Assembly: GCA_963797095.1 (NCBI GenBank)
Contig: CAWCNY010000005.1
Coordinates: forward strand, 544,001-608,000
Length of the DNA: 64,000 bases
Direction: 5' to 3'
DNA from: an uncultured Chloroflexia bacterium
Lineage (GTDB): Bacteria; Chloroflexota; Chloroflexia; QHBQ01; JADMIH01
Shown here: piece after piece, positions 29,945 to 40,823 of the stretch
How positions within the stretch are numbered: position 1 is the stretch's first letter
How the letters are laid out: the number at the start of each line of letters is the position of its first letter
Program-made: the position numbers and the translations under genes
Notes under the pieces: model-generated
Told to the model about the DNA's origin: nothing
Databases searched by the model: none
Seen by the model: the letters and a program-made list of their open reading frames with translations, nothing else

Positions 29945-30688
29945 GTGCACCGATTCTTCGTGCCCCCGCACACCCTTGCGACCACCCGGGTGCAGATCAG
30001 AGACGAGGTCGCCCACCAGATTATCCGCGTCCTACGAATGCAGGCAGGCGACGCAATCTGCCTGCTCGATGGTCAGGGCTACGAATATCGGGCGAAGATC
30101 CTCTCGCTGGGCAAAGACGAGGTCATATGCCAAATGGAGGAGCGCACCCTTTGCCTCAGCGAGCCGCACCACAAGGTAACTCTCTACCTGTCACTGCTCA
30201 ATAAAGCCGACAAGTTCGAATGGGCGTTGCAAAAGTGCACCGAGATCGGTGCTGCCGCCTTCGTACCTGTACGCGCTGCCCGCAGCATCGCGGACGTGCC
30301 GGCGAGCGCCAAGCTGGAACGCTGGAGGCGCATAATTCAGGAAGCAGCCGAGCAGAGCGGGCGTAGTATTGTCCCGGCGCTGGAAAAGCCACTCACCTTT
30401 GAGGAGGTCCTCGCTTCGCAGGCCGGGCAATTGGCTACAATACCTGCGCTGGGCTTTACAATAACCCTTAAGAACGCTCTAAGAAATACAGCGCGAGAAC
30501 AACAAAGTGGCATCAGCATCTTCATCGGGCCTGAAGGCGGCTTCACGCCAGGCGAGGTTGACGAAGCGAAAGCGGCAGGCATAGTGCCAGTGACGCTGGG
30601 GCCGCGCACCCTTCGTGCCGAAACTGCCGCCGTTGCTGCGCTGACCATGACGCTCTATGAGCTTGGCGATATGGGTATCAAGGGATAA
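29945..30688 (+). CDS. rsmE: 16S rRNA m3U1498 methyltransferase
   Basis: HRFF, VLRM, QKCTEIG, EAAEQSGR, IGPEGGF, LGPRTLRAETA. Confidence 0.97.
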   Translation: MHRFFVPPHTLATTRVQIRDEVAHQIIRVLRMQAGDAICLLDGQGYEYRAKILSLGKDEVICQMEERTLCLSEPHHKVTLYLSLLNKADKFEWALQKCTEIGAAAFVPVRAARSIADVPASAKLERWRRIIQEAAEQSGRSIVPALEKPLTFEEVLASQAGQLATIPALGFTITLKNALRNTAREQQSGISIFIGPEGGFTPGEVDEAKAAGIVPVTLGPRTLRAETAAVAALTMTLYELGDMGIKG

Positions 30689-30700
30689 CAGGAGAGCGCA

Positions 30701-31333
30701 ATGCAACCACTAACTCTGGAACTGGCAGACAGCCTGGCCCACGACTTCTTTAGCGACCATGCACATGTATCGAGCGTCTCTCGCGATTACAGTGTACAGG
30801 AGATGCTGGCCTTCCTGAGAGCCAATATTGAGGCGATGCAGGCTGAGGTAGAGGGGATGACTCCCGAACAACTCGCCTATAAGCTTCCCGGCGCTCCCGA
30901 TGGCCCCGATGCGAGCGGCGATGAGGCCCACTTCGACACCGCCGAGATCGTTACGCACATGGCGACGGGCACCGCCTTCCACTGGTGGAACATCACGCGC
31001 GCCCTGCGGCACGAGCGCCCTCCCATGCCGAAACCACCCGAAGGCACACCCGCCACGGGCAAGCGCAGGGACAGCATGGGCGCGGGGGGCTGGCGCGGAC
31101 TGTCAGGCCCTGAGCTTTCCGCTCTGCTGGGCAGCACGGCGGAAGCTTTCGTGGCCTATATCGAAAGACTATCGCCTGAAGAGATGGAAGGCGGCACGTC
31201 CAGTTTTGGGCTGTTCCGCGATATGTCGCCTCACGATTGGCTGTTCCTGGTGGCAATACACTCCGGTATGCATCTGAACCAGATCAGGGAGATGAAGGCG
31301 CAGTCTGATTATCCGGCAAGCGTGAGCCACTAG
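30701..31333 (+). CDS. DinB/DUF664-like four-helix protein
   Basis: AEIVTHM ... HSGMHLNQI histidine pattern. Confidence 0.7.
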   Translation: MQPLTLELADSLAHDFFSDHAHVSSVSRDYSVQEMLAFLRANIEAMQAEVEGMTPEQLAYKLPGAPDGPDASGDEAHFDTAEIVTHMATGTAFHWWNITRALRHERPPMPKPPEGTPATGKRRDSMGAGGWRGLSGPELSALLGSTAEAFVAYIERLSPEEMEGGTSSFGLFRDMSPHDWLFLVAIHSGMHLNQIREMKAQSDYPASVSH

Positions 31334-31470
31334 ACTCGGGTCCGCAAGCGCACAATCTGATTCTAAAAAGGAATAAATGAGGAGGGGTTGGGGTCTTGGG
31401 ACGTCCTGACGCTGTTTTACTCACGATTCCAATATTCGGGATTACTCACGTTTGCAGAGTTACCGACTCC

Positions 31471-32367
31471 CTAGCGAAAAATAGAGAATAGCTGTGAGAC
31501 CAACTGAAGTAGGAAGGGCAAGCTCATGGCAAGCAGCAAAATCCCGTAGCACACCCGCACCCACTTCGAAGTTCCCGACCAGCGTTGCGAGTCGTAATCG
31601 GAGCGTTCGATCCTCTGGAGGCGGGGCAGCGAAGGCGTGCCATATTCGTACCTGGCTCTCCCTTGCCATTCACTTGTGTCTAGAGGATAAAGATCCTGAT
31701 CGGTGGGGGCATTCGTGCGGGCTTCCAGCCGATGCCAGCCGCCTTCGTCGCCATGAGCGCGTTGATACTCTTTTTGAGCGCGTACATCCCGCTCCGAGGG
31801 CAACATTGTCCAACCTTCGGGCAGCCTGCTTCCGCCTATGCCCCCGCTCTCAGGTCGAAGGTCGGCGTTCCACAGCCTGCGCAACTGCTCAATGCCGCGC
31901 TCTTTCCTGGCGTCAATGTCTTCGTCAGGCTCGTCCCACACGTCGAAACGATTGCCGTAATCACTCCCCCACGACGGCGGGCCTGGATCGGGGCTGGAAT
32001 CGAGCAACTCCCGCGCCTCGTCCTCCTGGCTCTCAGGAACAAGCAGGTCCTGCGGCACAAAATCGTTGCCCGAAAACTGGGCAATATCCGCGCTGGGCGA
32101 GCGCCGCATCAACACGGGAATGCCCGCGTCCTCAAGCTGGCTCTTGATCAGGCTGCCGATAATGGCGTTCGGCATGTTGGTGACTACTTTCCAGTGGGGA
32201 TCGTCGTCTGGCCCGTAAGTGCCGCGACCGCCCTTGATTACATCCAAATGGGGCTGGTCACCCGAATCGATGGTTTCGGTGAGCACACCGCAATCAGGAC
32301 AGATCTCTACCCACGGTTCGTAATCGTAACCGCACTTCGGACAGTAGTGCCGTTGCCTCGCGCTCAT
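31471..32367 (-). CDS. Zinc-ribbon plus DUF2007-like domain membrane protein
   Basis: CPKC..CPDC; IKSQLEDAGIPV...VPESQEDEARELL; C-terminal TM helix. Confidence 0.7.
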   Translation of the reverse strand: MSARQRHYCPKCGYDYEPWVEICPDCGVLTETIDSGDQPHLDVIKGGRGTYGPDDDPHWKVVTNMPNAIIGSLIKSQLEDAGIPVLMRRSPSADIAQFSGNDFVPQDLLVPESQEDEARELLDSSPDPGPPSWGSDYGNRFDVWDEPDEDIDARKERGIEQLRRLWNADLRPESGGIGGSRLPEGWTMLPSERDVRAQKEYQRAHGDEGGWHRLEARTNAPTDQDLYPLDTSEWQGRARYEYGTPSLPRLQRIERSDYDSQRWSGTSKWVRVCYGILLLAMSLPFLLQLVSQLFSIFR

Positions 32368-32423
32368 GACCCCATTATACCAGACGCACAATGAGCGCGA
32401 CGGCGACGCTCTCTGGGGTTTAG

Positions 32424-33987
32424 CTAGGCTTTGTACAAAACTGGGTCAGTAACAAAGCGCGTAGGCGAGCCTATCCATGTCTGAGCGTGGCACTGATAAC
32501 ACATCAGGGTCCTGGGCGGATGTTACATAATCGAAATTGCCCCATAACTCCCTGCGCACATCAGCCAGCACGTCCGAGAAGGTGGCCTCTGTTTTTGGAT
32601 ACCACGCTGTTCGTAGCACAGGTATGTCTCCCGATGGATGTAGCTCCTGTCCTATCACCGCTACCAGGCTGTACAAACCCAACAGTCTTGGTGTGCTTCG
32701 CTCTATCGCCAGATCTGACCATTGCCGTTGTTGTCTCTACTCCCATGTGCGCCCTGCTCTCCTCAATCGTCACCTCGATGGTCCACCTCCTGATGAAACT
32801 GTGCACTACCTCTATTGCTTCTACTGCTTCCTCTTCGGGGTCGGGTGTGAAATAGGCTTTTGGTGGATAGTTACCGGAGGGGTCACGGGTCAGTACCCAT
32901 CTGGGGGGTAATACCGCAGAGCTTGCCCTGTACCATACTCCTGTGCCACTCACCACCTCTAGCATTCGTTCGCGCCCGTCATACCAACATACCTTCATGG
33001 GCAACCATTGTGTGTGTGGATCGTCCAGCACCGTGCTCAATTTGGGTAATACTGCCCCTTTCACTCGTGGTCGACCCTTCTGACCCTTACCTTTAACCTT
33101 CCCCTTCCCCACCATCTTCCCACCGGTTATGTCAGGAGCAGGCACACAGGGCACACAGGGCACACAGGGCTCGTACAAGCGCGAATCCAGCCGTAAAGGA
33201 TAAAGGAGCCACCAGAGTGACCTTACGCCTGGTACAACAGAGCCCCAGTTCCAGGATCGAGTAGGCAGTATCACCAATCAGCTTCATGGGCACCACAGTT
33301 GCATCCGGGCACCAATGACGCACTGTGATTATCATTTGCTGAGCTATTTCTCCTATCGTTTTATGAGGATTGCCCTGCTTCTTGCTCACTTTGGGTGTGG
33401 TAGCCAGCACTGAAAAGAATGGGAGTGCCCACGATCTACGCGTCCAGGGTACTTGCACCACTGCCATCATTACCACCCACCTCAGGCCGCTTGATGAGAT
33501 CGCCTGATCCTTGCTCGATTTCATCTTATCTCGATAATGACCTCGTTTGGATATTTTGGAACCCCATCTACGCTCCAAGGTCTCGTCGATAACGATCTCG
33601 AGTGTACCTCCTGCGTGAATGAAGGTGCTGATAATCAATTGGAGAAGCAGACGGCTCATAGTGAGAGAGGACCAGCAAGCTCTATTGAGTACCTGGTGGT
33701 AGAGAGTGCAGTCTCCATCATCGTGTAAACCCATTTGCTTGAGAACGGCAGTGACGGTACTCCTGCCGCGGGCCAGGAGAGTGCCAATCACCAACACTTT
33801 AGCTTTGCGCCAGGTAGGGCGGGTGAAGGCTGGCCGGAAATGCTGAAGGACCTGTATAATCGGTGTGGGTAGGGACATCGTAAGTCTCCAAGTTTAGATA
33901 GAGCTGTGGTAGGCTACTATCTTACAACAAAGAGCTTATGGGTCCCTTTTCCCGCATTAATCCCCCTTATTTTTGTACAAAGTCCGG
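32424..33987 (-). mobile_element. IS701-like (IS4 superfamily) insertion sequence, decayed
   Basis: Imperfect TIRs sharing CTTTGTACAAAA (32424-32440 and 33971-33987); 5-bp TSD TTTAG at 32419-32423 and 33988-33992. Confidence 0.8.
32446..33878 (-). pseudogene. IS701-like DDE transposase split by at least two frameshifts
   Basis: FRPAFTRPTW, IDETLERRWG, WALPF, GDTAY, RRWTIEVTIEESRAHMGVET and WYPKTEATFSD lie in three frames; 9-bp repeat GGCACACAG x3 at 33141-33170. Confidence 0.85.
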
Positions 33988-33988
33988 T

Positions 33989-36506
33989 TTAGGTCCTGCG
34001 CCTGACGGCCCGCCGGGGCAGCACAACAAGGATCACCAACCCCACCACCACCGCCAGCAATGATAGGAACGAGATCAAACTGCCCCACACCCACGAATCG
34101 GGCTTGAACTGCATCACAAGCGTGTGGGAACCTGCGTCCACTCGCACAGCCCTGAAAGCGTGATCCGCGATCTCGATGGGCACGCTTCTACCGTCCACGG
34201 TGGCTTGCCAGCCGGAATACCAGGCGTCGGTTAGCACCACCCAACCGGGCGCGTTCGCCTGTACATCTATCACGATATCCTCCGGCTGATACTGTGTCGC
34301 CATCACGTGCTCTGCACCCTCCGAGCCGCCTGCCGACGCTTCAACCGTGCTGGGTAGGTCGCTCCGCTCCGTAGTTCCAGCTTCGAGCAGCACCGTGTGC
34401 CTGGAGTCCACATCGAAATTGCGAATCCGCTCAACCGTATTGAACCCATCAGGCTCTACTATCATATCGTGCACCAGGAAGAGGCGAGGTACCGCGTTAG
34501 CATCCTGGTAGAGCTTGAAACCCTTGTAGGCATCTACCAGCTTCCACTTCAACGTGTTGGTAAGCTCAGTGCTGGCCGACACCACCCTTAAACTTGGCGC
34601 CAACGAGATCATACAAAGGCGAGTCGAAGTTCTTCTTGGCTATCGTCCATAAATAATCATATTTCTGTAGCTTGAGCGGGTTGAATGCCCCGCCTGCATC
34701 ATACACCTTCCCTTCCGGGTCCTCGCTTACCAGCAGCGCGGTTGACGGCTGCCACACGTTCTGTGCGTCCGAATCGCTATCTACTCTGTAGGGCACGCCC
34801 GTGGCGGGATCTCGCGTCTGCTTATAGACAGTGGAGCGCGCCCCGAACTCCTGGTAGCCCGACAGCAGGTTGTCGGTGGTGGGGTTGAACTGCGAGTTGG
34901 GTGAGAAGATGTCGAGCACAAGCAGCCCCACCATCCCCACGCTCAGCAGACCTGCGCCGACGCGCCCGCGCCAGGCGGCCCACCCCAGCCCCGCCAGCGC
35001 CCCGATCCAGAGGATCAATATACCCAGGTCGTTGATTGCCTGCGGGAGCCTGCTGTACTGCGCGCCTGACAGTTGAAGCGTCTGCGAAAAGAACAGCGGC
35101 ATCACAAAGAGCGCCGCCACACCCACCGCCACGCTCAGGCCGACTAACCACCACATGAGCGGTCTGCGCTTGTGCGCTTCGTCCGAGCGCAGATAGATTA
35201 GCACGCCGTCCAGGCCGAATGCTGCCAATCCCGCCAGCGCGAAGCCCAGCAAAATCAACGCACGACCGCTCGACCGCAATGAGCCGAAGCCCGGCAGGAA
35301 GCCGTAGATCCACGCCCCCGCGATAGAGAGGTCGCCCACCATGATAAGAAGCGCCGCGCCCGCCAGGATCGTGAAGAAGGCCAGCATCCTGCTACGGCGC
35401 AACACGAGGCCCGCCGCCGCCAGCGCCAGCGTCACCACGCCGTTGTAGCCCCAGTTCTCGGTGTTCTGCCAGTCGCCGGGCATATAGTTGCTGGGATTGC
35501 CGCCGTACACACGCGGCAGCAGCATGTTGAGCATGGTCAGTGGTTGGTCGGCATATGCCCCCGCCTCCTCATAGCTGATCGATGCGCGCACCGATTGCGA
35601 GCTAAGTTCCAGGCTTGGCAGCAGTTGGATGGCCCCCAGCCCCAGCATCACGACCAGGGCCAGCGCCCCCTTGCCCACCCACTCCGATGCCCCGCGAGCG
35701 GTGAGCGGCTTGCGGTCGAATAAGAGGAAGAGCCATAAAAGTCCGGCGGCAATCATGCAATAGGAGAATATCTGAACGTGCCCGGCAAGGAGGCCCATCG
35801 CCATGACCGCACCCGCGCCAACGGCCCACGCCCAACCGCCCGGACCATGCGTGTAATAGGCACGACGCAAGCAAAGGAGTATGGCAGGGAGCCACGCCGC
35901 CACCAGGATCATAGGGAGGTGCCCCAGGTGCGCCGTCATGAACCCGCAGAAGGCGAAGGCCACCCCGCCCGCAAGCGCGCCCGCCCGCCCTATGCGCAGA
36001 TCGCGCAGGAACACGTACATCAGCGCCGAAGCAAGCCAGTAGTGGAAGATCAGTAGCCACTCCAGCGAGCCGTAGTCTACCTTCACGAAGAGGTAGAGCA
36101 CCCAGTTGATCGGGTAGAAGAGGCTCGATTGCACATCGGCGGCCAGCGGCATCCCCGCAAATAGGTGCGGGTTCCAGAGCGGCAGCATACCTTGTTTTAT
36201 CTCGGAGGCCGCGTAGAGGTAGGTGGGGTAGTAGAAAGAGGCGATATCTCCCCCACCCTCAGGCATCATGATGCCGCTTTCGATAAGCACTCGCCAGAAG
36301 AAGCCGCCTGTCAATAGCGCCAGCAATCCCAGCCCCAGCACATCGAGGTGCAACGTGGGGCGTCGTCTATCTGCCCTGTGCCACAGGTAGGTGAGGGCCA
36401 GCGCCACCAAAAGGACGCCGAATATCAAGGCAACACCCCATATCTGCAACAGCCCGGGTAGCTGTTCGAGGACCTGCGCCGGTGGTGCCAGGAGCATGAA
36501 ACTCAT
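33989..36506 (-). pseudogene. YfhO-family (GT-C-like) membrane glycosyltransferase, split by one frameshift near 34585
   Basis: LPLWNPHLFAGMP, FYP, GHVQ in the N-terminal part; PRLFL and DAWYSGWQATVDG...FRAVRV in the C-terminal part; an apparent extra G at AAG-G-GTG; may be a sequencing error. Confidence 0.75.
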
Positions 36507-36516
36507 AAAGGGAAAT

Positions 36517-37566
36517 CTACCGCTTACCTATCGCCTGCGATTCGGGCTTGGCGGGCCGCGCCTCGGTGACTGCCAATCCGCCATCCGTAGTTTGCGCGCC
36601 ACCTGAGCCAAGCGCCGCGAAGTTGATCCCCTGCTGGATAGCCGCGATCACGCCCAATATAGCCACGGGCACCAGTCCCACGAAGTGGTAAATAATGGCG
36701 AATGCTCGGCTTGTATCGAGCGGTTGTCCAAGCGTGGTCAGCACCAGGATCACCGCCCCCTCGAATGTGCCCACGTAGCCCGGCGCTGACGGCACCGCCA
36801 TGCTCAGGTTAGTGATCACCACCAGCACAGCGGCCACTACCGGAGTCACCTCCACGTTGAACGCCAGCAGCATGAAATAGACGGTCACCATGTTGACAAG
36901 CCAGGTCGCCAGCGACCACAGTCCCAACTGCACCGCCAGCCCAGGATTGGAGAGCGGGGCAAGCCCCTGCAAGGCGTGATCTGTGCCCTCCGCGATGCGC
37001 GGGCCGAGGCGCGAAGGCAACCGCCCGGCCACCAGGCCGACCAGCCTGCGCGCCAGGTCGGGCCTTACGATCAGAGCAAGCAGCACCAGCGTAACCGCCA
37101 GCACCCCCACGCCCAGCAAGATCACCGGCCCCTGGTCGAAAGCCCCAGGCAGCGATACGAACGGCAGGCTGATCCCCAGCAACAGCAGCAGGGTCAGCAC
37201 ATCAAGCACCTTCTCCACCACTATAGTCGAGAAGACACGTGCCGCCGGTATGCCCGTACGTGCACTCGCGGCCGCCCCCCGCGCCACCTCGCCCAACCTG
37301 AACGGCAGCGGTATGTAGGAGATCATTAACAAACCAAAGAGCAAGCCGACCGGGGCGCGCTCCTCGTCGGGGTGGAACAGCACACGCCACCGCCACACCT
37401 TCGTCATGAAAGTGAGGATATACGGCACGATCATCAGCGCGAACGGCAGCCAGCGCACCCGCGTGAGCGCGTCCCACACGTCGCCCAGGTCGAACCCCTG
37501 GAACGCCAGGTAGAGCGCTGCCACGCTGATAAGTAGCCCTATCAATAAGAGAATAATGCGTCTCAA
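36517..37566 (-). CDS. Lysylphosphatidylglycerol-synthase-TM / UPF0104 flippase-like membrane protein
   Basis: WRWRVL, PFRLGEVAR, VVEKVLD, PSAPGYVGTFE. Confidence 0.9.
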   Translation of the reverse strand: MRRIILLLIGLLISVAALYLAFQGFDLGDVWDALTRVRWLPFALMIVPYILTFMTKVWRWRVLFHPDEERAPVGLLFGLLMISYIPLPFRLGEVARGAAASARTGIPAARVFSTIVVEKVLDVLTLLLLLGISLPFVSLPGAFDQGPVILLGVGVLAVTLVLLALIVRPDLARRLVGLVAGRLPSRLGPRIAEGTDHALQGLAPLSNPGLAVQLGLWSLATWLVNMVTVYFMLLAFNVEVTPVVAAVLVVITNLSMAVPSAPGYVGTFEGAVILVLTTLGQPLDTSRAFAIIYHFVGLVPVAILGVIAAIQQGINFAALGSGGAQTTDGGLAVTEARPAKPESQAIGKR

Positions 37567-37677
37567 TGTAACCGATTCGTCTTCAACAATCGCCCTGCGC
37601 TCTCTGCCTCATCTTTAACCTCCGCGACAAGCACAGGTTTCATGGAGCAAATGGTTGGATTGCCCTGTGCCCACACA

Positions 37678-38427
37678 CTACACCTTCAAAGCCCGCCGGT
37701 ATTTGGCGATCAATTCTTCGGCCTTCTTCCTGCTGTTGCTAACCAGGCTCTCCTGCAACAGGTCCCAGTTCGGGCGCTCGTGATAATCGAGGTGATAGAT
37801 CACGTTCTCGTCCTGCACGGTGGCTGACCGTCCAAGCAGAGGGAACAACTCCGTGAGGAAGGCGATCTCCCACACCTTGTTCCCCGACCGCTGCTTGTCT
37901 AGCACATCTACAGTCGAGTCGTAATAGTCGAGCAGTATGTTCCGCACCAACTTATCCTGCCGGAACACCCCACCCGGCGAGTAGTGCGGCCTCCCGCCCA
38001 GGGCAGTGCGCACGGTCCCGGCGTTCTTGCAATAAGGCGACAGCCACCCGTAGTCGGGGTTGCTCTCGATGTATTGAAGCATCTGGGTGATCGCCCCTGA
38101 GGGCATCACCACATCGTCGTCCATGAAGCAGATATTGGACCCACTGAGAGCCTCCAGCAATGTAAGCCGCCCCAGGCTGAACGCGCGCTTGTCGTCGTGC
38201 AAATGGTCGTATGTGCACCTTATTCCCCGGTCAGCCGCCAGCCGCAGCACCGACTGCACCTCTACCCTATCGATAATCGGCTGCGGAGCCGTGTCCACGA
38301 TATGTATGCGAATACGCTGTTCGTCCTGCAACAACAAAGAAGAAAGCGCCATCGAGAGCGTAGACTTCCCAATAGTAAGGATCCCGATCTCCATCAAAGG
38401 CGCGCTAACGCTGCCGTTCAAATTCAC
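37678..38427 (-). CDS. GT-A fold (GT2-like) glycosyltransferase
   Basis: IHIVD, ICFMDDDV DxD motif; GTG start assumed at 38427. Confidence 0.7.
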   Translation of the reverse strand: MNLNGSVSAPLMEIGILTIGKSTLSMALSSLLLQDEQRIRIHIVDTAPQPIIDRVEVQSVLRLAADRGIRCTYDHLHDDKRAFSLGRLTLLEALSGSNICFMDDDVVMPSGAITQMLQYIESNPDYGWLSPYCKNAGTVRTALGGRPHYSPGGVFRQDKLVRNILLDYYDSTVDVLDKQRSGNKVWEIAFLTELFPLLGRSATVQDENVIYHLDYHERPNWDLLQESLVSNSRKKAEELIAKYRRALKV

Positions 38428-38429
38428 AC

Positions 38430-38861
38430 TCAAACCTCTACCCTTCCCCTCTTGCGCACGCGCACAATATACCATATCCCCAACGCCGCCGTTGCGGAAA
38501 GCCCATCCACCGCCACATCCCATATGTAGCCCACGCGCCTGGGCACGAACAACTGGTGGATCTCGTCAGTCATGGCATAGAGAGTGCTGACCAGCACCCC
38601 TACTTGCCACACCCGCAACAGCACGCGCCGGGTCGCCGGACCACTCCCCCAGCCTGTGAAATACGCCAGCAAGCCACGCCCCACCAGCAACGCCAGCACC
38701 GAGTACTCAAACACGTGGCCGCACTTGCGAAGCGCAAGCACCCACGGAGGCCCCTCGAACACAGTCCAGGTATTCTGCGACGACACGACGAAGATGGCCG
38801 CCGCCCACAGCACAGCGGGCCCCCACGCCAATGCAATCTCGCGCCAGGAAGGAGATACCAT
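38430..38861 (-). CDS. VanZ family protein
   Basis: WAAAIFVVSSQ, RKCGHVFEY, YAMTDEIHQLFVPRR, DVAVD; start codon uncertain. Confidence 0.9.
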   Translation of the reverse strand: MVSPSWREIALAWGPAVLWAAAIFVVSSQNTWTVFEGPPWVLALRKCGHVFEYSVLALLVGRGLLAYFTGWGSGPATRRVLLRVWQVGVLVSTLYAMTDEIHQLFVPRRVGYIWDVAVDGLSATAALGIWYIVRVRKRGRVEV

Positions 38862-38968
38862 GTCGCCCCTATCAACTTCCCGCTGTTCGTCTGCATGCAT
38901 CATGACAACAAGTATACCAGCACCCAAACCCTACACCAACCTGATATACTGGGGGCGAAAAACCCCTA

Positions 38969-38997
38969 TGCAACCTTCCCCCACCAACCCACGTATA
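38969..38997 (+). promoter_or_regulatory. Putative autoregulatory ECF promoter TGCAAC-N17-CGTATA
   Basis: AAC/CGT boxes directly upstream of the ECF sigma gene, followed by a GGGGAG RBS. Confidence 0.6.
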
Positions 38998-39018
38998 TAG
39001 GGTGTATAGGGGAGATGC

Positions 39019-39939
39019 ATGATGACAACGCACTCAGGGGTAGCAGTTTCACATACAACTTTCGCGGTGTCCCTCGGTGACGTGGTGCGCGATAGACTTT
39101 CCGGCTGGCGTCACACCCTCACCGGCGAAGACGAGCGGTCCACCAGGGCCGCCTTCCAGATGCCGCTGGGAGCGGGCGGGCAGAGTAGCGCGGCCCACAC
39201 AGCCACTTCTACCGCCACGGCAACCGCCACTACCGCTACCGCCAGGCCAACAGAGGAGAAAGCAAGACCAGTGTCGACCGACAATGGGCGCGAAACATCC
39301 TCAGCTCTCAGTTCAGCCGACCAGGATCGCCTGGACGTCCGGGCTGCGCTGGCGGGCGACCAGTCGGCCTTTGCCGACCTCGTGACCCGCTACCAGTCTG
39401 CCGTGTACAACATGGCTTACCGCATGCTAGGCGACCCCACCGAGGCCGAGGATGCAGCCCAGGAAGTGTTCGTTCGCGCCTGGAACCAGCTACGCACTTT
39501 CCAGATCGACCGCCGCTTCTCCACGTGGCTCCTCTCCATAGCCTCCCACCACTGCATCGACATGCTACGTCGCCGGAAGCCGACCGCTCCCCTCGAAGGC
39601 GTTGCCCTCTTCCTGCCGTCCGATGCCCCTGAGCCTGATGAGCTGGCTTTGCAGGGCGAACAGCGAGATATGGTGCAGAAATTGCTTAACACTTTGCCTG
39701 AGAAATACCGCACAGTGACAGTCTTGCGCTATTATAATGACCTATCATATGACGAGATAGCCCGCGCTACCGGGCTGACGGAGAGCGCCGTGAAAACACA
39801 ACTCCACAGAGCCAGGCGTATGCTGGCCGAGCAATTGGTAGCCGCAGACCGGGCAAACAATAAGGGCGGGCAAGCTCTCCATAACACCGATCCCCCCACT
39901 CACAGACGAAGAAAGGAGGTGGGCCGAGATGATGCATGA
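39019..39939 (+). CDS. ECF RNA polymerase sigma factor (SigW/RpoE-like) with a long N-terminal extension
   Basis: GDQSAFADLV, EAEDAAQEVF, FSTWLLSIA, LSYDEIA, VKTQLHRAR. Confidence 0.95.
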   Translation: MMTTHSGVAVSHTTFAVSLGDVVRDRLSGWRHTLTGEDERSTRAAFQMPLGAGGQSSAAHTATSTATATATTATARPTEEKARPVSTDNGRETSSALSSADQDRLDVRAALAGDQSAFADLVTRYQSAVYNMAYRMLGDPTEAEDAAQEVFVRAWNQLRTFQIDRRFSTWLLSIASHHCIDMLRRRKPTAPLEGVALFLPSDAPEPDELALQGEQRDMVQKLLNTLPEKYRTVTVLRYYNDLSYDEIARATGLTESAVKTQLHRARRMLAEQLVAADRANNKGGQALHNTDPPTHRRRKEVGRDDA

Positions 39940-40726
39940 AACATTTGATGAACTGATGTCGCTCAAGCTAGATGGCCTGATCGACGACTATGACGAACGT
40001 CGCCTTACCGAGCATGTTGGAGAATGCAACCACTGCGCGCAGATGTGGGCACTATTCCAGCAGGCTCACAGCATCCTGCAAGCCTCCGCGCTGGAGCCAC
40101 TGCCGGTTCCGTCTACCCTCCATTCGAAGGTGATGGTGCAGGTAGCGGCTCCCGCGCTCCAACCGCAGGTCGAAGTCGCAGGCAGCAAACCGTTTTTCTT
40201 ACCGGCCACCTCCACGGGCAGGCTAGGCGACACTCCCAGCCTCCTGGGCGTTGGGGTGCCTGCGATCCCTGCCCCTTCGGCGACGGGCGCGCTTGTTTCC
40301 CCGTATGCCCCTACACGCAGGCTCCCCTCGGCCCCCACTATAGGTCTCATTGATTTCGGTGCCGACTGGCAGGTCCGCGTGCTCAATTATCTCCGCAACA
40401 CAGTTGCCTTCATCCTCGCTATTGCGGGAATCACGGCTCTCCTGCTGGCCCTCACCATCTCCGGCGTAATCAAGCTGGGCGGCGCTTTCGGCGACGGCAT
40501 AAGCACCATCCGTACCCTCTTCGAGGCAGTCGGCGCGTGGTCCCAATCCCTATTCGCCACCTCCGGCTCGGTTCTCATCGCGGTAGTGGCCCTTGTCGGT
40601 GGCCTCCTCCTGCTCGTAGGCTGGCAGGTAGTGGCCGCCTATCAGCGTGCCGCCATCGAGGGCCGCAGCTACACCGGCGCGCTTACCGGTGCTCTCAACT
40701 CAGGCTCGCTGGAGGTAGCAGCCTGA
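39929..40726 (+). CDS. Zinc-binding (ZAS/zf-HC2) membrane anti-sigma factor
   Basis: HVGECNHC (HxxxCxxC), two TM helices, overlaps the sigma gene stop. Confidence 0.85.
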   Translation: MMHETFDELMSLKLDGLIDDYDERRLTEHVGECNHCAQMWALFQQAHSILQASALEPLPVPSTLHSKVMVQVAAPALQPQVEVAGSKPFFLPATSTGRLGDTPSLLGVGVPAIPAPSATGALVSPYAPTRRLPSAPTIGLIDFGADWQVRVLNYLRNTVAFILAIAGITALLLALTISGVIKLGGAFGDGISTIRTLFEAVGAWSQSLFATSGSVLIAVVALVGGLLLLVGWQVVAAYQRAAIEGRSYTGALTGALNSGSLEVAA

Positions 40727-40823
40727 GACTGATAGTGCGGGGCGGGTTTCAACCCCGCCCCTGTCACACAAACGCAAAAGGTTTACAAAATAAGGCGTAC
40801 TAGCAAAGAGATAGCTGGATATT

